Assembly (NCBI GenBank): GCA_013239625.1
Contig: MU054117.1
Location: forward strand, 1,056,001-1,120,000
DNA from: Lama guanicoe
Lineage: Eukaryota
DNA length: 64,000 nucleotides
Direction: 5' to 3'
Of this stretch, positions 1 to 14,004 are shown in pieces. The translations under genes and the position numbers were made by a program. Every line of letters starts with the position of its first letter. Within the stretch, counting starts at the first letter, position 1. The notes under the pieces are model-generated. The model saw only the letters and a list, made by a program, of their open reading frames with translations. It made no database searches and had not been told where the DNA came from.

Positions 1-3000
1 CCGTCTCCGGACGTCAGGGTCCCTGGTGGTCAAGCGCAGTGGTCAGACTTGGTGACAGAAGCAAGGCCTTGCTGGGGGCTTTGCTTCTCCAGACCCGGCA
101 CCTCTGAGCCCGGGGCTGCTGGGGCCGTCCCTGCCCAGAGCCAGCTGGGCCCTGACGGGGGATGCAGGCCCGCTGGGTCGTGACCCTGCCGTGGGAACCG
201 GAGCAGGCACGGCCACAATGTCTGTCAGGTGAAGGGTTTGAACTGAGCGTGGCCTCTTCCAGCCCCGGCAGCCAGCTCTCCTCTCCTCTGGGGCTCTTCC
301 TTTTGGGTTAAGGTGTAAGTCCAGGGACGGTCACTGCCAAAGGTGGCTGTGGTGCTGGGTGTGAAGTGGCCACCCCTGTCTCTGCCTCCACGCCCTGAAC
401 AGGGTTCTCTGAGGGACCCCGGGGCTTTGCCATCCCACGTGGCCTCTGCGTTGGCGCAATCAGGGATGCCGAGCAAGCTGTGTGCCTTTCCCGCCCCTCG
501 GGGAGCCCAGTGTCCCCACAGCCAGCTCACTGTCGCGCGCTCAGGCCAGCCACGTGGCCCCTGCCTGCTTCCCCCAAACGCCTTCGGAGCTGAGCCTGAG
601 ACCCCCCTGTGACCTTGGCCAAGGGCACTGATGGTCAAAGGGGAGGGTGAGGGAGGACCTATGAGGTCAGGATCCACCTTATTGTTTCACGGCGCAGACA
701 GGCCCAGACCGGAGTCCTGACCGGCCCAGGACGGGGCACCTTGTTCACGGTGGACCAGGACCCCGGCCTCGGCCTCCCTCCCCAGCACAGCACAGCTCTC
801 TCCCCCAAGGGGCTCAGCGCTCCAACCTTCAGAAGTCTGTTTATTTATAAAACTGCAGCTTCTCCCAGCATCGGAAAGCGTTTTACAGGCATTAATTAAG
901 GAAGGTTCACGGCAAGCCTGGGAGGGGAGGGAGAAGGGAGGGGTCTGGGGTCATCAGAGGACCAGCTTCCCTGCTGCTGCCTCTCCTGTCTCTCCCCTTA
1001 GCGTCAGTCTGCTCAGGACACGCGCACGTGGGCACACACGTGCACACGCACTGGCATCACACATCAGTGCCCCTGCATCCTTCGTGACAGACCTCTGCTA
1101 ACTCCACCGTGACGGCATCTCCTGCACCTACCGGGGCCGCGTCCCCTGTGGTCTGACCCCCACCAGGGGTGCCCCACCGTCATCCCACACCCCCGCCAAA
1201 GTCCTCTCCTGGGTGTCGCGCACGCTTCAGCTCAAGTCGCCCCCCTGCGGGGGGAGACCATCCTTCGCCTCCTCCTTCAGGGAGGAGGGCGTGGAGGAGG
1301 CGGCAGGACCCAGAGGACTGCTGTCCTGGCTGCCTGGGCCGGTGACACAGCGCCACAGGCTTGGACAGCAGGCACTGACCACCGCTCAGGCTGGAGGCCG
1401 CAAGGCAGACCAAGACGCCCCGTGGAGTTGGTTACCCCAAGAGCTTGAGGACGGCTCTGTTTCAGGCCCCTCGCTTGCCTCGGGGTGCTTTCTGGCCGTC
1501 TGCATGCAGATGCAGCGCCCCATCACTGCCTTCACCCTCCCACAGTGTCCCGCCGTGGGCAGCTGTCTCCACATTTCTCTTCCATAAGGACACCTGTCGT
1601 GTCGCATTAGGGCCCGCCCTGCTCCAGTAAGGCCCAGATCAGGTCACGTGCACAGGTCCTGGTGTGAGGGCTTCAGTGTACAAATTTGGCGGTGGGGCGC
1701 AGTCTTCCAAACCACTGTGTTCCTGAAACTCCACAAATTGGGGGTCCCTCCCAGACCAGCAGTTGTCACCAGTGGCCTGAGTGACTCACCAAAGAAACGT
1801 TCCTTCTCAGACAGCAGGGTGTGGGCCGCTGACCGGTGGCTGCGGCTTCTCAGCTGGAGAACCGGGTGGCCCCTTCCCTGGCTTGGGCGTGCGCGTGCAG
1901 ATCACCAGGCGTGCCTCCCTGGGTGTGGGGAGCCCTAGCCCCACGGCCCAGAGCCGGGGCCTCTGTCTTGTGCTCTTTGTCACCGTCGTGGACTCCCTTC
2001 TTGGCGCTGGTCACCAGCTTGGCCACCAGCAGTGGCTGGAGGGAGGTGCGGGGCTGCCGCCAAGTCCACACCCGTCTCCAGCCTGTGCTCGGGGCCCCGA
2101 CTCTGCCTCCGCTGTCTGGTGCCTCCTTTATTTCCACGGTTCCTCAGTCTCTGTCCCTCGGTCTCGGGAGCGCACAGAACTGAATTGCTTGTTCTCCATG
2201 GTGTATGCAAACCCCAGTCCACTCCCTTCCCCTCCCACAACCCCAACCCTTCTTCTGGGCCCACGTGCACCTCGTTGGTATGTTCTCACGAAGCGTGTGT
2301 TGTTTGGTGTGAGTGAATTCATTTTCATTTTCGTAGAGGTGTGACACACACATCGAGCAGGCAGAGTCTGGGTTGGACAAGTCAGTGGATTTTGTAAAAC
2401 ACACACGTGCGTGTCTGGGGGTGTGGGGCGACCCACCCCACGTTAAGCTACAGAACATTTCCTGCCCCCCAGAGGGTCTCACGCCCCTTCTCCGTCAAAA
2501 CTCCCAGCCCTGGAGTCCCAGAGTTTCCAGGGTTCCGACTCCTGTCTTGGTAAACCCCTTTCTCCAATTTCACATAAGTGGGGTCTTGGTGGCCTCTTCC
2601 ACCTGGCCTCTGGCACCCTCTGCACGCTCACCTTTCATCCGTGGCTTCGGTCTCGAGAGCCTTTGAGCTGCTGGACCCGCAGAGGGGCCTCTGAGAGGGG
2701 TGGTCCGGCTGCCAGGAACTTGTCTGTACACAGCCCTTGGTGCACGTCTGCTCTTGGTCTTCACCCAAGAGCAGAGGGGTCTTGGGGAAGCAGGCACCCC
2801 CGAAGGGCTGCGGGCCGTGCCCCCTGACACCCCGCCAGGAGCACCAGCAATTCTAACGGGTCCCCTCTGGCGGGATGTGCAGTGTCCGGTGTAACTGCAT
2901 TTCCCGGGTAACTCCGGGTGTGGAGCCCGGATGCCACACGCGAGGTCCTGGCCGCTCACGGTGGCCTTGGGGACGTGCCTGAGCTCTTCGTGGCCCAGCT

Positions 3001-4299
3001 TTCAGTGGGGCCGCCTGTGTGTCCGCGGGGATCTGTCTCATCCGCTCTGTCCCTGCGGGAGTCGCCCGCTGGGTAGAGGTGCCGCTCGTTCTGCTGTGGC
3101 CGTTTCAACCTTTTAATGGCCTGCTCTGACACAGTTATAAATGCCCTTAACTTTACCGATGTCTCCGTTACTGGTTTTTTCTTACGATCAGGGCCTTCTG
3201 TGTTTTAAGGAGCCTCCGCCAAGCCCTCGGCGTGCATTTCCAGTCTACGTCAGCAGCGTCACGTCATCAATCTCCCGTTTTCCTATTGCTGCCGCTTTTA
3301 CTGTTCACCCTGCGCCATCTGCACGTTGCATCTGCTGCTTCTAATCGCTCGTGACCCTCCGCCAGGTGACCGGTGTCCGCACGGCCGCTCGTCCCGCCCC
3401 CCCTGCGCGGTCACTCCTGGTCACGTGGGATGGGGCTGCTGGGCCGAAGGCGCTCGGTCCAGGGAAGCTTTGTCCTTGTAGCGGGTGGCTGTGCAGAGCG
3501 TTGGTCCCCGGCTGCCCTCTCCCTTCTCCACTGAGCGTCTCGGCCTCTGTGCAGGATGGCCGTGGAGGGGCTCCCAGACCCAGGCCGCCGCAGAGACCTG
3601 GGCCACAGGTCTGGGGCCCGGCCTGGGAACCTGCATTTCCCAGAGCTCCCTGGGGGTTCTGACCGGCATCCAGGCTGCTTCTACTCGGGAAGCACTGACT
3701 GAGCACTCACTGTCTGCCAGGCGCTGGGATAGTGGGCAGAGGAGGAGCGGGTGGATGACCAGCAGGAGGGCAGGTGGATGACGGAGGGAGACTCTAAGGT
3801 GGGAAGGAGGACACAGGCGCCCGGGGCTGCGCCTTGTGTTGGGGTCGAAGGAAGGTCTCGCTGGGGGAGAAGCACCTGCGTGAAGGCCTGGGGGCTGGGG
3901 AGGGTCCGCGTGGGCGCCGGGGAGGCGCAGGCCGGTGCATGCACGCGCTCCCCTCCCCCCGCCGACACTCTGCTGCCTCGTCGCATGGGGGCTTCACCCG
4001 GAGCATCACTTGCTGTGCCCAGACAGTCCTAAAACCTTGACGGGGACATTCACTAGCTGCAGGCGGGCCCACGGTCCCCCAAGATCACACCACTGCCATC
4101 CTCAGGTCTGGGGACCCTTTCTCCCACCATGTTCTCTGGGGAGCTGGGCCCAGCCCCAGCCAGGAGGGGACTGGTGATCTGTTTGACCGGCTCGTGGCTG
4201 AAGGTCCTGCAGACATGAGCACAGGGTGCTGCCTGGCCGCGGTGCTGGGTGATCTCTGCAGTGAGTGCCCCTCACAGCTGGGAGATCCACGGCCTTACC

Positions 4300-4555
4300 A
4301 GGCCTGGTGTAACGCCTGGAACAATGGCAGCCACCCCGTGACCATGAGGGGAGCTAACTTGAGGTCAACCCAAAATACTGACGATTCCAGGGAAAAAAAG
4401 ATGGCGGAGCTCAGATCTTTGGTGACATCATTCAGCTGCCGCCTTAATCACCCTGGAGCCACCTAGACTTCCTTTGTGGGACACTGAATGGCCGTTATCT
4501 AAGTCAGCTGAGTAGAGGTTTTCTGTTACTTTCAGCCCAAAGCACTAGCTGATAC
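4300..4555 (+). mobile_element. MLT1-like (MaLR) LTR fragment
   Basis: ggcagccacc..gtgaccatgagg and 3' end ggttttctgttactttcagcccaaagc..ctgatac. Confidence 0.6.
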
Positions 4556-7500
4556 CCATTCCACCCCCACACCCCTGGCGTATTTAGGACCCTCTTTCGA
4601 CAGCTCCCTGAAGATGTAGGCCAGGAAGAATCCACTTCCTGCTCCTGGGCCTGAGGCCCGCGGTGCTGGGACACGCACTGTCAGCAGGGCAGAGCCGGGG
4701 CGCAGGCTCTTAGTCCCCACGCCACCCTGGGGGCGGAAGCTCCTCGTGTGTCTGCCTCTTGGGCAGCCTGTGGGCTCACCCCTCCCCCGGGGCAGGGAAC
4801 CACCATATCCTGGCAGCTCAGAGCCCCTGGCCTGCCCAGAGCCGGTGCCTGGTGGGTGCTCAAGAAAGGTGTGCTGGGCCCTGGGAAGACACGAAGAGGC
4901 TGAGGACAGGGGAGAGGAAGGACGGGGAGGGGAGGGGCGGGCAGGGGTAGCAAGCTGGGGAGAGAGAGGAAGGTTCCGAGACAGCTCGCAGGGAAGGTGC
5001 CCGGGGTGGGGGAAATCTAGGCTGTGAGCCAGGATGGAGACCAGCGGGGCCCGAGGCCAGTGAGCATCAGAGGCCCCTCGGGCACCGGCCTCCAGCCCCC
5101 TGCCTCCTGCCTCCTGCTTCCACTCTCCCACCTCTGCTCACGGGGGAACCAGGACCCGGCTTAGGCTGAGAGGGACGGACCTCTGACTGTGAGGCTCCAC
5201 CAGGACCAGCAGCTGCCTTTTGTTCACTCACCTCCATCTCTGTGTCTCGGCTCTGGAGTAGCTGCTGACGCAGGCAGTGGGAGGGGGGAGCCTGCTCAGG
5301 TGCGCCGGGGCCGCTGCAGGCTCTTCCCAGCAGCTGCCCTCCCCCTCGCAGGCGACTGGCCCGCGGACGGCCGGGTGAGGACCGTGGCAGGACGAGGAGA
5401 GGCGGGATGGCCATGGGACTGAGTGAATGAGCAGGCGGGTGCTGCCGGGTGCGGGCAGCGAGAAGGGTGCACCGCCTCCATCCCGCGCCCCCAGCCCCAG
5501 TGAGGCAGGCACCACGGCCTCATTCTGTCAGGGGAGGAACTGAGAGTCCAGGAAATCTCGTTTCCTGCCTGACCTCCTGCAGCTTTGTCCCCCGAGGTAG
5601 CCAGGAGCCCCTTCCCCAGTCTTCCGAGGGGCCCAGTGCTGTGGGTTGGAACACTAGCCCACCCAGGGCGAGACCTGGGCCGTCCGGCAGGAGGACAGCA
5701 GCCAGTGGATTGAGCATCCAACCATCGGTGAGGCCGGGCACCATCCACCAGTGTGCATGCCTCAGTCCACTTCTCACCAGAGACAAGGCTCAGTCCTGCT
5801 GGGGTATCCCCCGCGGGGTGACGCGGAGGGAGCTTCCTGAGGTCAGTGGGTCCATTTTGACCACATCAGTGTGGTGATAAGGTTAAAAAGGCTTCAAGGA
5901 CGCCTAGAAGGAGACCTGGCCCTGCCAGGGACATCGCCCTGGATGTCAGCTGCACGGGGGGCCCCGGACGAGCCTCCTGCCTTCCCAGAGTGCCGTCCAG
6001 GGGTGCTCTGAGCCACACCTCTGAGCAAGCTGCCACCTGACCCAGGGTCCCCACGGGGCTGGTTCTCTGTCTCCTGATTACTGTCGCCCCTGCTCTCAGG
6101 TGCTGGGGCCTGGGGGCACTGCTCTGGCCCAGCTCCCACCTGGCTCCTGTTGACACTAACGTGGCTGGTCCTCACCGACAGGGCCGGGTGTTGAGAGCTG
6201 CCTCCCCAGGGTGCACTGACCAGTCTAAATCCCAGCTCCTGCCACTGTGCGGACGAGGCAGTGGCAGGTCCCATCTCAGGCCGGGCCAGCTGCTCGCTCG
6301 CGCCCGGAGCTCCCGGAGGATGCTGTGTGTGCAGGCTGTGGACTGCCCCGCCGCTTCTGGGGCTGCGGAGAGCAGCTCTGGGTGAAGTGGACGGCGGGTT
6401 TCTAGGGGACCCACTCCGATCTGCAGGGCACCAGAGTTCACCCCGCTTTCCCTCCTTGACTGGCCTCCCTGCACAGTCCCAGCCTCTTCCTGCCCTGAGA
6501 GAGGCGGGGTCACTGGACCCTCTGGCAATGTGGTCTCAGTGAGGGGCCACCTCTGGAGGACAGTGGGGACTTCCCAGGGGGTCGACTTGGTTTGCACTTA
6601 TCCACACAGAGAGAGGACCCTGGAAACGCCTGCTGGCCTGGCACGGGGAGGGTCGCCAGGTCCCCGCATGTGGGCTCTGACCGCCGCCTCCCCATCCTCT
6701 CACCTGCATCACCTGCGCCCAGCTTGGCAGGCGGTTCGACGTGTTTAGCGCACAGGCCTCCCGTACAGGCGCTGCAGACGCGCGCTGGCACAGGCCTCGC
6801 GGGGGGGGGGCCCTGCGCCTCTGGGGTTGGCACCTGCTTCCTCCCACAGAGATGCTAATGTCTTGTATCCAGTGCAACATCGAGTTTTCCCTTCACCTTC
6901 CTGTGTGACCCTGTCGTGTGAGAATCATATGTGTATTGTGTGGAGGTGACAAAATTAAGAGGTCAAAGGCCTGGTCCTGCAGGTGACTAGTGTCAGGGCA
7001 GGGACAAACGGAGGCCAGGTCCTCTGACCCCAGCCAGGTGCGGCTCGTTCCAGGGCACCAAACCGCTAAGGCCAGGCACCAACTCCCAGGCTCCCAGGCC
7101 CTGGGCCGCGCTGGAGGCCTCCCCCTCCCTGCCCTTCCTGGTGCAGCTGTGGCTTCGCCTCTGAAGAGGCGCCTGCCTCCTCCCCAAAGATGTCCTGGGG
7201 GGAAGGGTTATTACCCATCAATCCTTGCACAGGAAGAGAACTTACATGTAAATAATAATGTAAATACTAACGGGCTTTTTTGAGTGCCAGGTCCACTCAT
7301 TCAAATTTTGCATAAGGTGCTGAGAGCTTGTGTAGAATCTTGTCCACTACTCGAGGGCATGAGGCAGACACGCTGCTCACTAGTCCCCAGCCTCCTGCTC
7401 CTCCTTGGGAACAACGCCTAGCCCCGAGCAACACGCTGTGACTCGTTAGACCAGGTGGGATCGCCCCGCTCTCTTCTCTCCAGCTACCTTGCAGCTCTTG

Positions 7501-7889
7501 GTGACTGTGTGGCTCACTTCTGGCCAGTAGGTCAGAGCTAAAGTCTGCCAGCAGAAGGGGCCAGTGAGATTCTGGGGGAAACATTGGCCTTCCTGCTAAA
7601 AAAAAAGAACAGAAGAATCTGGCAAGGCCCTTCTCCTTTAGCCTGCCTTGAACTCAGATGTGATGTCTGGAAGGGCAGCAGCTGTTTTGTGCCAATGAGG
7701 CAACAGGCACGAGGATGAATGCAGCGTGCTAAGGAGGGAGGGATGGAGAGAGGGAGCACCCGCACCTCGAGAAACACAGCCTGACTACCAACTGCCGACT
7801 CAGGCTCCCGGCTCTGTGCTGACAAGTCCTCACTTGTCAGCTGGGCTTCCTGTCACTTGCACTGAATCCCTTCCTGCCTGACACAGGGC

Positions 7890-8545
7890 GTTGTCCCTAT
7901 TGCACAGATAGGAAAAGTGGGGTGCCCTGGACGGCAGGATAAGGAAGCAACGGTGCTAGAGTTCATGTTATGGAAACAACAGGCCAGCCAAGAAACAAGC
8001 ACCACTCGGAGGGCTGGAGTACTCAGATGTATTACGCTGGCGGGCTCAGAGGGGCTTCTGCTCCAAAGCTCTGAGCACCTCCAAGACGTGCGCATGAGGT
8101 TTTATAGGGTTAATTACAAGCTGGGGGTATTCGGCCGATAGGCATGGAACAGCTTTAGCAGCATCATTATCACAAAAGTGGAGGCGGGGAGGCAGCAAAC
8201 CAACATTTCAAGGCCAGATATGTGTCTCTGAAAATCCAGCTGGCTAGCAAAAAACACGAGCAGGGAATCAGCAAACTGACACTTGCTAACTTAGGTTTAC
8301 GAGTAGGCCCAGCAGAACTCAGATCAGTGATCCGGCACCTGTTACGCTGAGATTTGCAAGTAGGCCCGGCCCGGCTTTTCCTCCTCATCCAGACCCAGAG
8401 CCCCGGGACACCAGAGCCCGAGCTCTTACTGTCTGTAAAGTTTGTTAAACAGATTACTCATATAAATAAGATTGCAAGGAAAACGTTTATCCTACCTGAA
8501 AGGGTGATCGCAGGCTGAGATCAGATGGGTCCTCCCTGTTAAATC
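7890..8545. mobile_element. Possible ERV LTR
   Basis: Lower-GC block with ttttataggg and LTR-like layout; boundaries uncertain. Confidence 0.4.
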
Positions 8546-10229
8546 CAGCGCAGTGGCCCCCGTTCTCAGGGCTGCTCGGTCCGTCCCCGGCCATGGTCAC
8601 CGGGATGGCCCCTCACGGGAGGATCTGGGACTCCTCGGGTGCTAGGCCAGCACAGTGGGACAGGGGCTCAGGGCAGCCTGCCAGGATATCACCCAGCCGA
8701 GCCCGAGGCCTCCAGTCCGTGGAGGAGCTGGGGCCGGTGGGGAGCCTCTGCCTGGACTCCCACCTGCAGGCACAGGCAGGGGACCCACGCTGGCCCCTCC
8801 CCAGCTCCCCCCGGAGACCCCTCCCCGAACTGCCACTAGAGCCCACTCGCGGGGCCGTGAACGTGAGCGGGAGGGAGATGCAGAGAGGAGACTCGTTAAG
8901 TCCTTTACCACCGAGCCCCCAGCACCCCGGGGCCCCTGGGCCGCCGCTTCCTGCTCGGGATCCCCCACTGCCCTGTCCTCCCAAACACACACACACACTT
9001 CCTCTGGCAGCTGCCTTCGAGGTAGTTACAGACCCAGAAGATCCCCCAGGGGCCTCTCCAGGCGGCGCCACCTGCCTGGCCAGCCTCTCATTAGCCGGTT
9101 ACCTCTGCCCTGGCTCTGGTAGGCCTGGACTTTCAGGCAGAAGTCGGGCCTGGTGGTGGAGCCTGGATACCAAACAGAAGGCCTGAGCAATGGGGAGAAC
9201 ACAGCTGCTTCCCAGGGGAGAAGGGGGTGGGGGGCGGCCATGGGCTGGGAGCGTGGGGCGGGCGGTTCTGGAGGTTCTCCTAAGGCAGAGTAGGCAGGTT
9301 TTGCTGATGGACTGGACCGAGCTGGCGAGAGAAAGACTTGTCACAACACTGTGAGGATGGGGTGGCCACTGGAATAGCTTTCTTTGACTTCTGCAAAAGC
9401 TTCTTTGGAAGAAAGGATTCAATTGCTGAAGAGCACGTTGGGACATCCCTGATGGGGTCGCCTAACCGTTTGCAGGACCTGCCCTGCGGACCTGCCCTCC
9501 TCGGCTCCTCGCTGTGCCCTGGGGCAGGAGGGGGAGGTAGTCAGAAGCCAGCAGGGATGGAGCCTGCCTTCTACCTTGTTGTAGAATTCAGCCTGGAGCT
9601 GGGATTCCATCCACCTGTCAGTCCTTCCAGTTGCTGGAGCAGAAAGCCAGAGAGCTGTGGGCGGTCTCCCAGCTTTGCAGTGCGAGGAGGTGGGCTGCTG
9701 GGCTGGGAGCGGGGGTTCCTTCTCTCCAGCTCAGTGCCTCTAACGGGGGGGGGGGGGGGCGGGGGGGCAGCAGCAGGCGCCGCGGGGGCAGGACAGGGAG
9801 CAGGGCGTGGGCTTCTGCAGCGACTCCGGGTGGGCCACCACCAGCTGGTTGCATCCCGGGCTCTGTGCCTGTGGGACAGGCACCCCGTCCAGGCTCTCGG
9901 GCCCGGGACTTGGTTCCGCTGTCCCTGGCCCAGAGGCTGCAGTGCCTGCGGTTTCCCCAGGGCCCCCCCCCACGCTTCTGTAAGTAGCCCCTTTATTAAA
10001 CTTTTCCCGAGTCTGTTCACATGTGCCACCCCTTCCAGCCGACAGGCCCTGATGTCAGTGGGGGAGCCAGCCACACTGGCAGGCGGGAAAGCCGAGCACG
10101 GAGGGGACAGCAGGCGGGCGGGCCCCCAGGTGGAGCGCTGTGGGCCCGGGAGTGAGGGCAGCTGGTAGGAGGGGGCAGGGAGGCAGACGAGCCCCTCGTG
10201 ATGGGGTGATGGGGTGATGGGCCCGGGCT

Positions 10230-10410
10230 GGGCTGGAAACTTTGGCTTTTACTCTCAGCAAGACGGCCAGCCACTGGGGCTTCCGAGCAGAGTGACATGG
10301 TCTGACTTGCATTGTGAAAGGACCCTCAGTTGCTGTGTTACGATTAGACTGAAGCGGGGGCAGGTGCAGAATTGGGAGACCAGCTGTTAGAGGCCCTGCA
10401 GGAAGTAGGT
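10230..10410 (-). mobile_element. L2 fragment
   Basis: ctttggcttttactct...agccactgg...agtgacatggtctgacttgcatt. Confidence 0.65.
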
Positions 10411-10573
10411 GGGACACTCACTCATAACAGGGTAAGTGGCAGAAAGTTTCTTTTGAAAGTATGGATGTAGAGGAAGCAGTAGCCCTGCGCTGAGGAGCAG
10501 CTGAGCTGTACCCTGCTTCCCAGTCGCATCCCAGTCGCGGAAGGGAGGCAGTTACTGCTGGAGTCTGGAGGGG

Positions 10574-10910
10574 TGTGATGGTCAAGTCCATGTGTCAGCC
10601 TGACTGCCCAGATGTTTGGTCAAACACCATTTCTGTCTCTGGATGAGATTAAGATTTAAATGGCCAGAGCTGAGCACAGCAGCTTGCGCTCCTCCGTGGG
10701 TGGGCCTCGTCCCATCAGTTGAGGGCCTCGGGGGCACAAAGTCCGATGCCTCCTCTGAGTGGGAGGGAACTGCTGCCAGACAGCCTTCCAGCTGGGGCAT
10801 CACTTTTCCTTCCTTCAGACTTGAACTGAAACACTGGGGCTCTCCTGGGCCTCCAGCCTGCTGGTCTTTGGACTCAAACTACACCCCACCCGCTCTCCCA
10901 GGTCCCGACT
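10574..10910 (+). mobile_element. MLT2-like (ERVL) LTR fragment
   Basis: tgtgatggtcaagtccatgtgtcagcctgact...gatgagatta...gtgggtgggcctcgtcccatcagttgagggcct. Confidence 0.75.
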
Positions 10911-12689
10911 GAAATGAAAGACTGACCGAGGGAAAGCTGGAACACTCTCCCTCCTGGTCCTTAAGAACAGAGCCGCACGTAAGCCGCCTCCCTCCCGGAG
11001 TGAGCGAGGTGCCTCCCTGGCTGACCGCTGGGGGCTGAGCCCTGGGCTCCCCGCGTGATGATCCCCTGCACTCCCGCTCTGGTCCCTCCCTTCACTCACT
11101 CCTGCTACGAGACCCTTCTTCTGAAGGAGTCAGCGCTGAAGCCCTCTGCCTCCCCTGCGGCCCCACACCCCCCCACCACCCCTGGGGGCTCACAGGGCGC
11201 TGCCGGGGTCAGGGCTGACACGCTGGGGTTGGCAAGTGGCCACGCGTACTAGTGAGACGCGTTTTCGAGCCGCTGGTGAGGTGTCTGTCCCTGCGTGGCT
11301 GGGGCAGTGCCTTGCCCTCACCCGCTGCCCTGAGACCAGTGTGTTTCTCTGCGAGGACTTTGAGGGCTTCCCAAGCGGGTCTGAGGGGCTGGGGCGCCCA
11401 GGCCGCCACCGTGTCTGTGAAATGAGTGGTGAGACGTGGACAGAGCTTTCTGGCTGCAACCAGGCCCTGCACATCTGAGGTGGCGGCGGCGGCGGTGGTG
11501 AGCGGGCCCTCGACTGCAGAGGGGCCGGCCGGGGGTCAGGGGCTCCCGTGGCGTGGGAGTGGTCTTCCGTGACAGGCAGAATGCGGATGAGTCCAGAGGT
11601 CAGAATAAGAGCGAACATTTATTTAGAACTGAAGAGTCACTCCAACGACAAATTTCAAGAAGCTGATGAATACCCTCAGAATCACAAAACCTAGAAAAAC
11701 CACATATTCTTTCTGTTCATTAATTGACCAGCACGCCTCTGTGGTCCTTTTCTAAATTTGTGTGATTCTTGATCCCAAAAAAGACACAGAATTCATCAGA
11801 ACCCGGCATCCCCTGGAAGAACACAAGGGCCCGTAGAGGTCTCTGCCGTGGGGCACACCCTCAACCCACGACGGGGACTCCCCGCTGGACATGCACAGGC
11901 GTTCCGTCACTGAACACCTGTTTCTCCAGGCACTTCTGTGTCGGTGGCAGCCCGGCAGGCTGTTTGGCTGGAACCAGCAGGTTCTGTCAGAACCAGGGCA
12001 CCAGGACACATGAAGGCGTGGACTGTGGCCTCACGTGGTACCACCACTGGTCTGGAGCCACAGACACGAGACTTTTGATCAGATTCTGTCCTGTGCAATC
12101 CCGTCAGGAGGGACGACAGCGTGTGGCGTGTTTATAATTATTGACATTCAGCATCAGCTGCTTCCTAGCAGGAGAGCTGTCCGGCCCGGCCAGGCGAGAA
12201 CCACGCCCCCTGCCGGCAGCTTCGTCTGACATTTGGAAGACTCCTCCCCAGGCTGGTGATAAAGAAATGTTCACCTGCTGAGTTATACGGAAGCCATTCT
12301 GGCTTATGCAAGAATCAACCCGGATTCGACGCTGGCTAAAGCAGGCCCTCAGACATACACTGTGCGTCTGCTTTAATTATTAAAAAAAAAAAAAGAGCAC
12401 ACCAAACGGAAGTAAAGAGTGTCTGTGTTAAAAAACAGAGATTAAATGCCTGCCTTCCCAGGACGCAGCACTGGTCCGCCTCTGACGAGAACCCCCGTCC
12501 CAGGTGCCAGGGCCACGTTGACTCGCAGTGTGTGTGCTGAGCTGTTCTTCTTTGTTTTTTCCTTCCAACTTGAAGAAATGGCTCCCTGGCTTGCTTAATG
12601 TTCTTTATTCTGACAAGATATACAATGGCAGGGCAACGTGGGGGGCGGGCTTCCGGGCTGGTCCTCAGCTTGGCTCAAATGCATCTCTT

Positions 12690-12905
12690 TCCTATTCTGA
12701 TTATGTATTGTTTTTCTGCATTTATTGAGGCGATCATGCGATTTTTGTCCTGCCTTTCATGGATCTGGTGGATCTCGTCAGTTGATTTGCATATGTTGAA
12801 CCATCCTTGCATCCTGGGATGAATCATGGTGTCTGGTCTTTTCTATGTGTTTCTGGATTCTGTTTGCCAATATTTTGCTGAGGATGATTATTGATTGTTT
12901 ATGGG
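12690..12905 (-). mobile_element. L1 ORF2 fragment
   Basis: gatttgcatatgttgaaccatccttgcatcctgggatgaatc, typical antisense L1 reverse-transcriptase region. Confidence 0.8.
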
Positions 12906-13659
12906 TTATTTTGTTGTTTTGCCCTCTCTTCCTGCACACTGCCAGTGGGGGCGCTGCGGGACAGCCATGCTGCTCCTGGGGGTCCTGGTGCAGGGCCCAC
13001 GTCGCTGCGGAGTCAGCGTTCCCAGGAGGTGTCCTGCACCGGGCTGGGAAGGGACTGTGGGCTGCACAGGCCAAACTCAGTGTCTGCCCACTCGACTTCC
13101 TCCTAGCTGGACCCCCAAATGCCCACAGCACCCCCGACGTCGCCCGGCTAGGGGGAAGCTAGAGGAGAAGCTGAAATGGAGAGAGCCCAGAGCCTCAACC
13201 AGCGCTGATGAACTGCCTTCCTTTCATGCGTATTAGGGACACGTTCTGTGCGGGGGTGGGGGGGCCTGGAGCCTCACCAACTTCCCAGAAAATGGGTTCC
13301 CAGCCTAGAACCAGAGCAGGTGAGATGTGGGGATGTGGGGGCCACAGGTGTGGGCGTTACCTCTGACCTGGCCAAAGGCAGCAGCCTGGACACAGGAGCC
13401 AGGGCCGAGCCCTCCCGCCCCACCTATCCCCTAGCCTCCCCGTGCAGTCTGGGATGACGACCTCGGCCGCCAGGATCACTCTTGAGGTTTAAGGGAGGGT
13501 GCGTGCCCGCTCGTGGTAAGCAGGGCACTGGGCCTGCGTCCGGGGCCAGAGCCACTTTGCTGTCCTCCACTTGGGCCTGGAAGGGTGCTCTCCAGGGCAG
13601 GTCTGCCTCTTTAAAGCAGGAGGGGTGCTGTGACCCTAGTGGAGCGAGCCAGCCCGGCC

Positions 13660-14004
13660 TTCTGAAATCAGGGTAATCCCGCTGAGGTCGCCTGCCCCTC
13701 CTCCTGCCGTCAGGCGGGGATTAGAGAAGAGGCCAGTGGATTAACCAGCTCATTTTGTCACAACTTCCCCGATGGCCCCTCTCCTGGAAGCCTGCTGCTC
13801 AGGTGGGGCGACCTCTCTGCAGGGCTGAGAGCAAAGCCCCGCCCCACCAGGCGTTGCTGCCGGGACCCACTGGAAGCCGAGGACCCCAGGCTTGCCGGAC
13901 CCGGGAGGCAGAAGGCCTGGGGACGTGCCAAGGGTCTGGGTGGACGGAGCTCCTGGACTGAGGCTGCGCCTTCCTCCCCCCAGCCCGACCACAGCTGGGG
14001 CAGC
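13660..14004 (+). promoter_or_regulatory. CACNA2D4 proximal promoter/5'UTR with three CRX/OTX-type TAATCC sites
   Basis: TAATCC 13674-13679, GGATTA 13718-13723 (within GGGGATTAG), GGATTA 13738-13743; 260-330 nt upstream of the ATG. Confidence 0.65.

Noticed and set aside
1..13600. Expected 3' exons of the upstream neighbour DCP1B or another coding gene
   Set aside because: No recognisable coding exon found; a lncRNA cannot be excluded from sequence alone
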